Positions 12,460 to 24,023 of a DNA stretch of 37,277 nucleotides are shown piece after piece; position 1 is the first letter of the stretch; each line of letters starts with the position of its first letter. The translations under genes were made by a program, and so were the position numbers. Location of the stretch: NCBI RefSeq assembly GCF_001194135.2, contig NC_069004.1:5697220-5734496 (forward strand). The letters run 5' to 3'. The notes beneath the pieces were generated by a model, which ran no database searches, was not told where the DNA came from, and was given only the letters and a program-made list of their open reading frames with translations. This DNA is from Octopus bimaculoides (taxonomy: Eukaryota).

Positions 12460-13009
12460 TTCAGATGCATTGTTTTTGCTTAGTCCTGGGTCAGCCCATG
12501 AAGGAGCACACAAACCAGTGATCTTGATTAAGAGCATTGTCCTCATTAACACACACACACACACACACACGTGTGTGCATGACTATATAATCCCAGCTAT
12601 TCATCTGTTTCTATTTGGACACAATGGAGTGTGATTCATGGGTGATTCAGCTGCTATTTCTAGCCTCTCTTTGGCTATGCATTAGATACTTTGTCAACAC
12701 ACACACACACACACATACATTCTTTGTTTTTTGTCCTCTGGTGTCCTTAATGTTCTTCTTAATGTAAACCCTTGTGGTTGATAAAGACCCCCCTTCCCCC
12801 TCTCCCTGCATGTGTCTGTATTTATGGTTTCAGCTTCATTCATCATTGGTTCCTTCACACCTGTCTCTGGGATTTGAGTCAGTCCAATCTGGCGACTTCC
12901 TCCCTCTGTTCTCTCTCTGCTCTGTCTGAGTCAGTATGTTGTTCACACTCCCTCCCTCTGTCCATCTGTTCTCCACACTGAAGCCATTGTTTGTACACAC
13001 TCTGAAGTT

Positions 13010-13038
13010 TTGTCTGTCTCTCTCTCTCTCTGTCTGTC

Positions 13039-13069
<31 letters not shown>

Positions 13070-13159
13070 CTCTCTCTGTGTTTGTCTCTCTCTCTGTCTG
13101 TCTATCTCTCTCTGTCTGTCTCTCTCTCTCTTTGTCTGTCTGTCTCTCTCTGTCTGTCG

Positions 13160-13199
<40 letters not shown>

Positions 13200-13282
13200 G
13201 TGTTTGTCTCTCTCTCTCTGTCTGTCTCTCTCTCTCTGTCTGTCTCTCTCTCTCTGTCTGTCTCTCTCTCTCTTTGTCTGTC

Positions 13283-13335
<53 letters not shown>

Positions 13336-13360
13336 ATCTCTCTGTCTCTCTCTCTCTCAT
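13010..13360 (+). repeat. Long (CT)n/(CTGT)n compound microsatellite
   Basis: About 350 nt consisting almost entirely of tctc and tgtc units; source of the LSLSVCLS ORFs. Confidence 0.95.
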
Positions 13361-13439
13361 CTATTCACCCTCCCTCATAAGCACATGCACAGGCACAAAA
13401 TTAAATTCCCTGCTTTCATCTTTTTAAAAAATTTTATTC

Positions 13440-13613
13440 CTGCTTTGGTCACTAGGTTGTGACCTTGCTGGGGCACTGCCATGAAGAGTTTTTAGTCTAA
13501 TGAATTGACCTCTGTATTTATTTGTTATTTTTGTAAATCTAGTACTTAATCTTTTGCTGGACTGCTAAGTTACAGGGATGTAAACAAACCAGCACTGGTT
13601 GCCAAGCAGTGAT

Positions 13614-13617
<4 letters not shown>
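13440..13617 (-). mobile_element. SINE family A 3' half, degenerate
   Basis: tgctggggcactgcc...ctagtactta...ctgctaagttacagggatgtaaac...ccagcactggttgccaagc. Confidence 0.7.
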
Positions 13618-13655
<38 letters not shown>

Positions 13656-13892
13656 TATATGCATATCTGGGTACATGGCATTGCAAAAGAAACATGGACA
13701 AAATGATAAACAAGGTACAAAAAGCACACAGGCCACATAGAGAACATATGCTTCATCAGCTGCGACCATATATATATATTCCCTAGCATCATACTAATAT
13801 ATACTTTTGTTATTTACACCACCTGTCCTGGTCAGTTGTTATTTTTTGTATATTCTCCCATATATATATATATATTTACACACATATACATG

Positions 13893-14025
13893 AAGGTCTT
13901 CTTTCAGTTTCCATCTTCCCAATCTACTCAAGAGTTTGGTTGGCCTGAGGCTAGAGTAGAAAACACTTACCCAAGGTGGTACCTTAAACCATGTGGTCTG
14001 GATGATAAATTCATCACCACACACA
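13893..14025 (-). mobile_element. SINE family A 5' part, degenerate
   Basis: cttctttcagtttccatc...ggttggcctgaggctagagtagaaaacacttacccaagg. Confidence 0.7.
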
Positions 14026-14607
14026 GACACACACACTCACACTCACACAATTGTACATCCATCTATTCATTCACCAAACCACCCTGGTGAATGAGTCAAG
14101 CAACTCCCCACTCGGCACTCCTTATCCACCCTGATTCCACCCTGTTTACTATTGTTTTGGCATTAGGGCCTCCGACTGAGGTGTGATAGGGGTGGTGGTG
14201 GTGGTGGTGGTGGTAGTGGTGTTGGCCGGGTAGGGGTGGGGGTGGAAGAGGTAAAGGAAGCAGTCAGCAAGCACCCTCTTTGGACTGTGAATTGGTGTTT
14301 TTTTTTTTTGTAGTGCTTTACAACATCCACCCCAAAATGTTCTGAGGTGACAGCAGATGGTTGAAAGTATTTAAGGGTACCTCAACTACCCACCTACCAG
14401 CCTGCCTGCCTACCTGCCTGCCCACTTCCCCTTTCTTCCTATCTACAAGGCTGGATGGACAATCAGGACAAAAGGGGTGACATATGGTCTCAGCTGTTTG
14501 CTAAATGTGTCACCTGCCACCCCACCACTCCCACTACAATCATTCCTACCACCACCACTGTGATGACAGTGACCACTACTGCCGCCACCACCACTCTGGA
14601 CACAATC

Positions 14608-14731
14608 CAGAGCACTCACAAGGCTTTGGTCAGTAACAGAAGACAGTTACCCAAGAGGTGCCATGACAGTTACAGAAGACAATTAGCCCCTGGAACCATG
14701 AGTTTGGAAAGCAAGCTTCTTACCTCACAGA
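14608..14731 (-). mobile_element. SINE family A 5' fragment
   Basis: actcacaaggctttggtc...ggaaccatg...aagcaagcttcttacc. Confidence 0.6.
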
Positions 14732-14800
14732 CAAGCGGGGGGTGGGTGGGTGTTATGGTGTTTAATAATTTTATGTACATACATACATACATACATACAT

Positions 14801-15326
14801 ACATCTTGATATTGGTGTGTGTATATTTATATATCTATGTAAAATTGTCTAATCCATTATCGTTAGTCCAACAAAATATATTTTGTTTCACCTTTGGCCC
14901 TTCCAAAGCTGAACAGGCAGGCAATTCTCAAGAGACAAGGACTGAACCTGGAACGATGTGGTTGGTAAGCAAGCTACTTACCACACAGCCACTCCTGCGC
15001 CTAATAATAAATAAATAAATAATTAGAATCCCTAATAGGGAGGCAGTTCATTTAGGGTAATCTGGGGTAAACCCCATGCAGAATCCTGGATTACTCTGCT
15101 GTCACCAAGGCATGAGAAAGTGCCCTTTCTGATTCTTGATTGAAACCCTTTAAATAGGGTTGCTTCTTTTGTGTTTTGTTTTCCATTTCTTTTTCTTTTA
15201 AAAAATAATTTGTTTATTATTTCTAATTAATTGATTTCTGTAATCGGATTCTCAGCTAAACCATGCTGAGACAGTTGGAAGTGGTCAATTTGTCAGTCTG
15301 TAAACAGTTCCAAAGATCAACCCTTA

Positions 15327-15368
<42 letters not shown>

Positions 15369-15777
15369 CCTCTTGTCTCCTGTCACTTACAGACAACCAT
15401 CACTGTAGTACATCTCCTCCTCCTCACCGCCATCCCTCTTTCTATTCTGAACCCTTATAATTTATGTATGTATATATATAAATATATATATATCACTAAG
15501 AAAGCCTCAAATCCCTATTGATGTTTTCTTTTCCTTGATATTTTGCACTTCAACATTTTTCATGTTGTACAGATTCATATATATGTATGTCTTTTTCTGT
15601 GTGTGTATGTGTACACATATACACTTTGGTGCTTGTGTATGTGCGTTTATACATACATACATACATCTTGACATTTGTGTGTGTATATTTATATATCGAT
15701 GTAAAAGTGTCTAATCTATTATCATTAGTCCAACAAAATATATTTTGCTTCACCTTTGGCTCTTCCAAAGCTGAACA
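14801..15777 (+). repeat. Local direct duplication of 115 nt (14801-14915 and 15663-15777)
   Basis: Manual ungapped alignment gives 8 mismatches in 115 nt; both copies follow a (TACA)n run. Confidence 0.9.
14935..15003 (-). mobile_element. SINE family A tRNA head
   Basis: ggactgaacctggaacgatgtggttggtaagcaagctacttaccacacagccactcctgcgc. Confidence 0.85.
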
Positions 15778-16088
15778 TAGCTTCTTTGAACTTGTCTCCT
15801 CATGTACATGCGAGTGTGTGTATGTGTGTGTGTGTGTATTTACAGTGGATCTTGAAGTAGATACAGCTGTAAATAAAAGCATGTTGACTATTGGATTAAA
15901 AATGTCCCTTGGTTAAAAAACGTCAAAGGCTTAGTTTTTTTTCTTCCCCATTTGAAGGGTTTCTTTCAAATCCAATATTCTGGGTTATTTACTACTGATG
16001 GTATTGTAGAGTCAGTAACTTCTCCATTTTTTACATCCAACTTCTTCACTTGTACAATCAGCCAATATGGTTCTAACAGCCAAATGAT

Positions 16089-16387
16089 ATCATCATCATC
16101 ATTATTGTTGTCGTTTAACATCCACTTTCCATGCTGGCATGGGTTGGATGGTTTGACTGAGGACTGGTGAGCCAGAAGGCTGCACCAAGCTCCAATCCCA
16201 TCTGACAAAATTGTTTCTACAGCTGGATGCCCTTCCTAATGCTAGCTTTTTATGAGCCACTGGCATGAGAACCAGTCAGGCAGTACTGGCATCAGCCATG
16301 CATGAATGGTTCGTTTTATGTGCCACCAGCATGGAAGCCAGCCAAGTGACATTGGCAATGACTAAATTGGAATTGTGCTTTTTATGT
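16089..16387 (-). mobile_element. SINE family B
   Basis: (CAT)n followed by cgtttaacatccactttccatgctggcatgggttggatggtttgactgaggactggtgagccagaaggctgcacc. Confidence 0.9.
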
Positions 16388-16504
16388 GTGTGTGTATATA
16401 CATATATATACATACATGGTATGTACATACAAGTACATATACTCATATATTCTGCATATACTCATATATTATTTGTATATATATATAGGAATGCATAAAG
16501 ATAT

Positions 16505-16612
16505 CATTTGGTGAATCAGGGTATACTAGAAGACATTTATCCAAGATGTCATGCAATAAGACTGAACCAGGAACCAAGTGGTTAAGAAGCAAACTTCTTA
16601 CCACATAGCCAC
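16505..16612 (-). mobile_element. SINE family A head, degenerate
   Basis: tagaagacatttatccaag...gactgaaccaggaacc...aagcaaacttcttaccacatagccac. Confidence 0.75.
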
Positions 16613-17222
16613 ATATTTATATTTTTTTATTTATAAGAGAAAAATCGTTAAGGTGTGATCAACAACAGTAACTTTGGGTACAAGCTACAAGAGATGATTA
16701 CTGGTACAATTAAGTCTTGAATTATAGTGTCATTAGCAGAGTATTATTGTTTCTTTTTCTTTTTTTTTTGCTTTGTTTCATCTCTCCTTCCTCCCACATA
16801 GTCACCTCTCTCTCTCAATTAATTTCCCTCTCTTTCTCCTTAGTGGTAATGTCAATGGTATTGATGGAACCTGTCTCTCTCTCCCCACTGACTGCTACTG
16901 TTGTTGTTGTATTTTACCCCTCTCTCCACCTTGTCCCACTACATCTTGTTCTTTAAAAGCTGTGTGGTAGTGGTGGTGGTGGGAGTGGGTGATAGGGTGG
17001 GAGGTAAACTTTTTCTTTTTTTTTTCTTTTCTTTTTTTTTTCATTTCTGGTTCTACTTAATCAAAATGTACAACTGTCATTGTTTCTGACAGCATGTTTA
17101 ATGTAGGAGTTCTGGCTTGTATACCACCACCACCACCACCAAGGTTTTTCCCCTCTCTCCTACCACAACTACCACTCATCTCTCTCTCTCTCTTTTCTCT
17201 CTCTCTCTTTTCTCTCTCTCTT

Positions 17223-17288
<66 letters not shown>

Positions 17289-17670
17289 CTCAATAATCAA
17301 TACCATTCATTGATGTCTCTCTGGCATCATCATAGATCCATCCCTCTTTCTTTCTCTCTCTCTCCCCCCNNNNNNNNNNNNNNNNNNNNNNNNNNNNNNN
17401 NNNNNNNNNNNNNNTCCTTCCTTTACCACACTTCTGCAATCCCATCTCTAATGAAGTCCCACTTCTAATTACCATGAAGTTGTATTGTAGAGGAGCGACG
17501 AAACTTTTTAACACTTCATAATAGACAGTACCACAAAGGATTACACCAATGCTTCTCTTTCTCAACCATTCTTTTTACCCATGGACCTCTTTGATCCTTA
17601 TTTTACTCCACTGGACCCTAATATCCATTCACTGTTTAAAAAAAAATCCCTTTTATATTCATCCTCCTCC

Positions 17671-17742
17671 TCATCATCATCATCATTTAATGTCCATTGT
17701 CCGTGCTGGCATGGGTTGGACGGTTTGACAAGGACTGGCAAG
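17671..17742 (-). mobile_element. SINE family B extreme 3' fragment
   Basis: (CAT)n followed by ttaatgtcc...tgctggcatgggttggacggtttgac. Confidence 0.8.
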
Positions 17743-17909
17743 CATTTCCTTCTCTTTGCTTGTTTGTTTTAGACAGTAGGGTTTGATTTGCTGTATACTT
17801 GACTGCTATTTCCAGCAGATTATGTGACCTCATAGTGGCTCCTTCCATTGGTTCAAAATGGTTTGTCACAAACAATTCGCCAGGAATAATTAGGACGAAT
17901 GAGTGACAT

Positions 17910-18097
17910 TCTTTCATTCTTTTATTTGTTTCAATCATTTGACTGCAGCCATGCTGGAGCACTGCCTTTTAGTCGAGCAAATCGACCCCCAGGACTTGTT
18001 CTTTGTAAGCCTAGTACTTATTCTATCGGTTTCTTTTGCCGAACTGCTAAGTTACGGGGGACATAGACACGCCACCATCAGTTGTCAAGCGATGGTT
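17910..18097 (-). mobile_element. SINE family A 3' half, close to the young copy at 34929
   Basis: tgactgcagccatgctggagcactgcc...tagtcgagcaaatcgacccc...cctagtacttattctatcgg...gctaagttacggggac...gttgtcaagcgatgg. Confidence 0.9.
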
Positions 18098-18360
18098 ATG
18101 ATGACGATAACAATAACCATGATGATGACAACAACGAAGAGGGTGATGACGATGATGACGACAAAGACGAAGAGGTTGATGATGAAGATGATAACTAGGA
18201 TGAGGATGTTGGTGATAATGATAACGATGATGATGTGATGACAATGATGTTGATGATGATGATGACAATAATGAAGATAAAGAAGAAGATGATGATGATG
18301 ATGACAATAATGAGAATAACGAAGATGATGACGACGACGATGATGATGATTAAAATGATG
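18097..18360. repeat. Degenerate (GAT/GAC/AAT)n trinucleotide tract
   Basis: Source of the poly-M/D/S/H/I ORFs; similar tracts lie at about 10340-10500, 11660-11760 and 22340-22650. Confidence 0.9.
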
Positions 18361-19310
18361 AATAGTTTGTGTTTTTTTTTTTTTAGCACTGTTACAGTAA
18401 GCTTGCAGTTCATATTCTGCACGGCCCACTTAAAGACTACAACAACAACAACAACAATAACCACAGCAATGCCAAGAGTTCCTAACAGTGATTGACTGAT
18501 CCTCTCTGATTTCTGTCAACACAAATCAATTATCATAGTTTTAAGGGTTTTTTTTTTTTGCCTTTTTCCTTCTGNNNNNNNNNNNNNNNNNNNNNNNNNN
18601 NNNNNNNNNNNNNNNNNNNNNNNNNNNNNNNNNNNNNNNNNNNNNNNNNNNNNNNNNNNNNNNNNNNNNNNNNNNNNNNNNNNNNNNNNNNNNNNNNNNN
18701 NNNNNNNNNNNNNNNNNNNNNNNNNNNNNNNNNNNNNNNNNNNNNNNNNNNNNNNNNNNNNNNNNNNNNNNNNNNNNNNNNNNNNNNNNNNNNNNNNNNN
18801 NNNNNNNNNNNNNNNNNNNNNNNNNNNNNNNNNNNNNNNNNNNNNNNNNNNNNNNNNNNNNNNNNNNNNNNNNNNNNNNNNNNNNNNNNNNNNNNNNNNN
18901 NNNNNNNNNNNNNNNNNNNNNNNNNNNNNNNNNNNNNNNNAGAGAGAGAGAGAAAGAAAGAGACTAAGTGCAGTGAGGAAGGCATAAGTTACTGGCAGAC
19001 TTGTTTCGGCTTGCGTAGCCCCGCTTAACTCCCCTTTGATAACATGGGATATCTGAGTCAGCTAGGGGTTGGTGGGTGGTAGAGGGCTGGCGGTGGCAGG
19101 CTGACCTAACAATAAATCGTGTTTCTTTCTCTTGGTCACCATAGTACATCGCATCCCGCGCTGCTGGTCGAAGTAAGGCTTAACTCCCTTTACACTGGCG
19201 CCTCCACCCCCACTTCTGACCATGTCTCTTGCCAAAATAGTGTTAATTGGCTGGAAGTTCCCCTCCGACCCATGCAAGCATGGAAAAGTGGATGTGAAAA
19301 TGGTGATATA

Positions 19311-19494
19311 TTCTTTTATTCTTTCAGTCATTTGATTGCAGCCATGCTGGAGTAACACCTTAAAGGGGTATTTTTTTTAGGCAAAAAAAAAATCAACCCC
19401 AGGACTTATACTTTGTAACCCTAGAACTTGTTCTNNNNNNNNNNCCAACACCAGTTGTCGAGAAGTGACTGGGTGTTAAACACAGACACACAAA

Positions 19495-19495
<1 letters not shown>
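19311..19495 (-). mobile_element. SINE family A 3' part (contains a 10-N gap)
   Basis: tcagtcatttgattgcagccatgctggag...caaccccaggacttatactttgtaa. Confidence 0.8.
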
Positions 19496-19530
<35 letters not shown>

Positions 19531-19564
19531 CATACATACATGTATGTATGTATATATATGTTTT

Positions 19565-19710
19565 ACGACCAGCAAAAGAAGCTGTTAAGAATGCTAACCA
19601 GATTTACAATGATAAGTTCTAGGGGGTCAATCTGTCTGACTAAAAACCCTTGAAGGGGATACCTCTGCATGGCTGCTGTCCAATGACTGCAACAAGTAAA
19701 ACGTAAAATT
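19565..19710 (+). mobile_element. SINE family A 3' part, degenerate
   Basis: cagcaaaagaa...gggggtcaatctgtctgactaaaaacccttgaagg...gcatggctgctgtccaatgactgcaacaagtaaaa. Confidence 0.7.
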
Positions 19711-19761
19711 AGCTATAAATAGATAGATATACACAAATACACACAGAAGTGTGTGGATGTG

Positions 19762-19808
<47 letters not shown>

Positions 19809-20882
19809 NNNNNNNNNNNNNNNNNNNNNNNNNNNNNNNNNNNNNNNNNNNNNNNNNNNNNNNNNNNNNNNNNNNNNNNNNNNNNNNNNNNNNNNNNNNN
19901 NNNNNNNNNNNNNNNNNNNNNNNNNNNNNNNNNNNNNNNNNNNNNNNNNNNNNNNNNNNNNNNNNNNNNNNNNNNNNNNNNNNNNNNNNNNNNNNNNNNN
20001 NNNNNNNNNNNNNNNNNNNNNNNNNNNNNNNNNNNNNNNNNNNNNNNNNNNNNNNNNNNNNNNNNNNNNNNNNNNNNNNNNNNNNNNNNNNNNNNNNNNN
20101 NNNNNNNNNNNNNNNNNNNNNNNNNNNNNNNNNNNNNNNNNNNNNNNNNNNNNNNNNNNNNNNNNNNNNNNNNNNNNNNNNNNNNNNNNNNNNNNNNNNN
20201 NNNNNNNNNNNNNNNNNNNNNNNNNNNNNNNNNNNNNNNNNNNNNNNNNNNNNNNNNNNNNNNNNNNNNNNNNNNNNNNNNNNNNNNNNNNNNNNNNNNN
20301 NNNNNNNNNNNNNNNNNNNNNNNNNNNNNNNNNNNNNNNNNNNNNNNNNNNNNNNNNNNNNNNNNNNNNNNNNNNNNNNNNNNNNNNNNNNNNNNNNNNN
20401 NNNNNNNNNNNNNNNNNNNNNNNNNNNNNNNNNNNNNNNNNNNNNNNNNNNNNNNNNNNNNNNNNNNNNNNNNNNNNNNNNNNNNNNNNNNNNNNNNNNN
20501 NNNNNNNNNNNNNNNNNNNNNNNNNNNNNNNNNNNNNNNNNNNNNNNNNNNNNNNNNNNNNNNNNNNNNNNNNNNNNNNNNNNNNNNNNNNNNNNNNNNN
20601 NNNNNNNNNNNNNNNNNNNNNNNNNNNNNNNNNNNNNNNNNNNNNNNNNNNNNNNNNNNNNNNNNNNNNNNNNNNNNNNNNNNNNNNNNNNNNNNNNNNN
20701 NNNNNNNNNNNNNNNNNNNNNNNNNNNNNNNNNNNNNNNNNNNNNNNGTACATATCTATATATGTACATGTGTGTGTGTGTATGTATATATGATGTGTAT
20801 ATACATAAATATATGCATGTATATATATATATATATATGAATATATGTATATACATAAATCTATGTAGATGTCTGTATGCAC

Positions 20883-20927
<45 letters not shown>

Positions 20928-21511
20928 TACACACATTTGTTTGCTGTGTGTTTGTATGTAAATGTATCTACGTATACACACACATATTTATATGTTTGTA
21001 TATATATGTATATATGTATATATATATATGTGTGTGTGTGTGTGTATGTGTGACAAAAAGAAGGAGCTGATGTGGTCGAAAGCAATATATTTCGGGGATG
21101 TTTACCAAACTCCTGCCCCTTCCCCACTCAGTCCGATTCCCCACTTCCCCACTTACCAATTCTTCTTCCATGCTCAACTACACAGACACTCACACACTGG
21201 ACAATGCTTCTCTGTGTGCACCAGTTGAATGGCACCGTGCAGTGTGGCACACACGACACGCATGCACATACATTGCACTTACACACATGCATACACCTAT
21301 CTTACCTACATGCACGTACCTAACATTCACATACACACACACATGCACCTCACCACATACGCACACATCTAACATGCTCTTACCCTAACATGCACACACA
21401 ATTCACACACATGTACATGTACACGCATGGATTGTTTATGATCTTGGATGATCCCGTGAATGGTGTTGAGCAATATGGCACACACACACACACACACATT
21501 CACACATACAT

Positions 21512-21559
<48 letters not shown>

Positions 21560-21697
21560 CTTATCTATCAGACCTGTAATCAAAAGTCTTCCATCAATGC
21601 CCATCCTGTCTTATTTTCATTTAATTTCAGACATAAGCCTATCTAGGATCACATTTTTTCAATGTGCAATTTTCCCTTGTTCGTTAAAGAACTTCAT

Positions 21698-22003
21698 GAA
21701 GGCGTGTGGCCTACTGGTTAGGGCATTCAGCTCATAATCGTAAGGTCATGAGTTCAATTCCCAGCGATGCATTCTGTCCTTGAGCAAGGCACTTTACTTC
21801 ACATTACACCAATCCACTCACCTGGCAAAAATGAGTGGTACCAGTAATTCAAAAGGGGCCAGCCTTGTCACATTCTGTGTCACGCTGAACCTCCATGAGA
21901 ATTACAATAAGAGTATGTATGCCTGTGGAGTACTCAGCCACGTGCATGTTAATTTCATGAGCAAGCTGTTCCATTGATCGTATCAGCTGGGACCCTCACC
22001 ATC
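21698..22003 (+). mobile_element. Near full-length tRNA-derived SINE family E
   Basis: gtggcctactggttagg (box A-like) and gagttcaattccc (box B-like), then tgtccttgagcaaggcacttta...atccactcacctggcaaaaatgagt (a central domain reminiscent of conserved-core SINE superfamilies), then the body. Confidence 0.85.
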
Positions 22004-22356
22004 AGAGAACAATCCATTTGACTACTATTTCTAGCAAGTCAAGCATTTATTTTTTTTAACTTTCAAACATAGTATATCTAGGAATACATTATACAATGTG
22101 CCTTTTCCCTACTCCAATTCTGTGTCATTTGGTTGCTATTTTTAGCAAGACAAGCAGCTGTAGATAGTCTGTTATTGGCATAAGCGTTTGAGCGTGTGTG
22201 TGTGTGTGTATGTGTGCACGTGTGCGCATGTGTGTCTGTCTGTTTGTCACTAATTAGTTGGTTCTTTGCTTTTATAAGATAGTTACAGGCGCTAACGTCT
22301 TTGATGATGACAGTGACGAGCAAGATAATGAGGAATATGGGCAACAATGGTGGTGG

Positions 22357-22391
<35 letters not shown>

Positions 22392-22689
22392 GTTATGCCG
22401 ATGATGATGATTGTGGAGGTGGTGGTGGTTATGGTGTGATGGTGGTGGTGGTGATAATGATAATGATGATTATGGTGATGATATTGGTAATCGTAGTGGT
22501 GGTGGTGATGATGATGATGGTGGTGGTGATTGCTGATGATGATGATGTTGACGGTAACAGTTGTGGTGATGATAATGTTTATGTTGATGATGATGGTAAC
22601 AATAGTGACGATATTAATGATGATGACAAGGAAGAAGAAGAAGAAGAAAAGAAAGGTTCTTTGTATGAGATGTCAAAGAGGTGCGTGCG

Positions 22690-22720
<31 letters not shown>

Positions 22721-23061
22721 TGCCAATATTTCTGCTTCCAATCATTGTTCAAAGATGTCGAATGGAACGGAACGGAACGGAACGAAATAGCGGCCATCCA
22801 TCTCCTTTTATTGGCTTTTCTGATATTTCCGGATCACAGAGCCTTCCAGTTCACTGTTTGATTACCGTTCCTTCAGGCCACACGCTAAACCCTCATTCTT
22901 GTGTAACCGAGGTGGACGAGGAGTCTGCCATGTGTAATGTCTGTCAAGAGCGAACATCCGTTATCTGCAGAATATCATCATCAACATCATCATCATCTAT
23001 CGTATCATTGTTACCACCACCGCCACCACCACCATCATTATCAGCGTCATTGTTGAGACAA

Positions 23062-23215
23062 TGGGAGCCCCTATGCGGTCACTTAACCTGCTAGAAATAG
23101 CAGCCAATTTTTTTTTTTTTTTCAAATTACATCCCACCATTATTTTAAGGGTCTCTTTTTAGGACTACATCGTCGAATGTTGTCCTGCTTTATCTAAGAC
23201 CATGAGCAATTGATT
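23062..23215 (+). mobile_element. Dispersed repeat family F
   Basis: gggagcccctatgcggtcacttaacctgctagaaatagcagccaa; the segment gtcacttaacctgctaga recurs at about 35385. Confidence 0.65.
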
Positions 23216-23762
23216 TGTTGATTTAAGGGCGATTTTGTTGCTGTTTCTGGAAGGTCAAGCCACCACATCAATTCTCCTTCATTGACCAGATTTATATATA
23301 TCCAGGATTACAATGTTTGCTGTATTCTTCATTTTCTTAATGATTGCTAAGTGTGATATAAGGGATATTTTGCTGGTATTTCTAGCAGGTCCACTGATTG
23401 CACAGGCACTTTCACATAGCAAGGAATAGTGGAAGTTACCAGTTCCACTTTTGAATATTGCATAAGACCACTTGATGAAATCTCCTAGAATACCCTGTGT
23501 ATGTATGTGTATATATAAATCTGGATAAACTGGGATTTTCAGAAAGAAGAATCGACTGGCTAATTCTACATTGCAAGTGCCATCTGTGAGTGGAACAGTA
23601 AAAATATACAAGACTTTTCTCAAGTTCCAAATGTGAATTTGTCTGTGTTAATTACATCCCAAGATGTTAACTACATCCCAAAGATGGAGCCTTGTGTCTT
23701 TGTGGAACACCGGCTCCCTTCTCAGTGGAAAATTTATAATAATTAAATAATAGGAGACATAC

Positions 23763-23798
<36 letters not shown>

Positions 23799-23809
23799 CT
23801 GTGTTTGTC

Positions 23810-23911
23810 CCCCCAACTAAGGATGAAAGTCAAAGTTGACCTCAGTGGAATTTGAACTTGGAACATAAAGCGCTAAGCAATTCACCCGGCATGCTAATGT
23901 TTCTGCCAGCC
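23810..23911 (-). mobile_element. SINE family D head fragment
   Basis: ggatgaaagtcaaagttgacctcagtggaatttgaact...ccggcatgctaatgtttctgccagc. Confidence 0.75.
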
Positions 23912-24023
23912 TATGATAAAAATAATATTAATAGTCCTTTCTCCTATAGGTATAAGGCCTGAAATTTTCAGGTAAGGGGTTAGTTGATTACATTGGCCCC
24001 TGTGTTCAACTGGTACTTATTTT

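Noticed and set aside
14455-15018. 187-aa ORF MDNQDKRGDIWSQLFAK...
   Set aside because: It runs through an (ACC)-rich tract, antisense SINE fragments and a (TACA)n repeat; the upstream acceptor is a weak AAG.
22301-22861. Asp/Glu-rich ORF (DDDD...EEEEEK)
   Set aside because: It derives from (GAT)/(GGT)/(GAA) triplet repeats and lacks splice signals.
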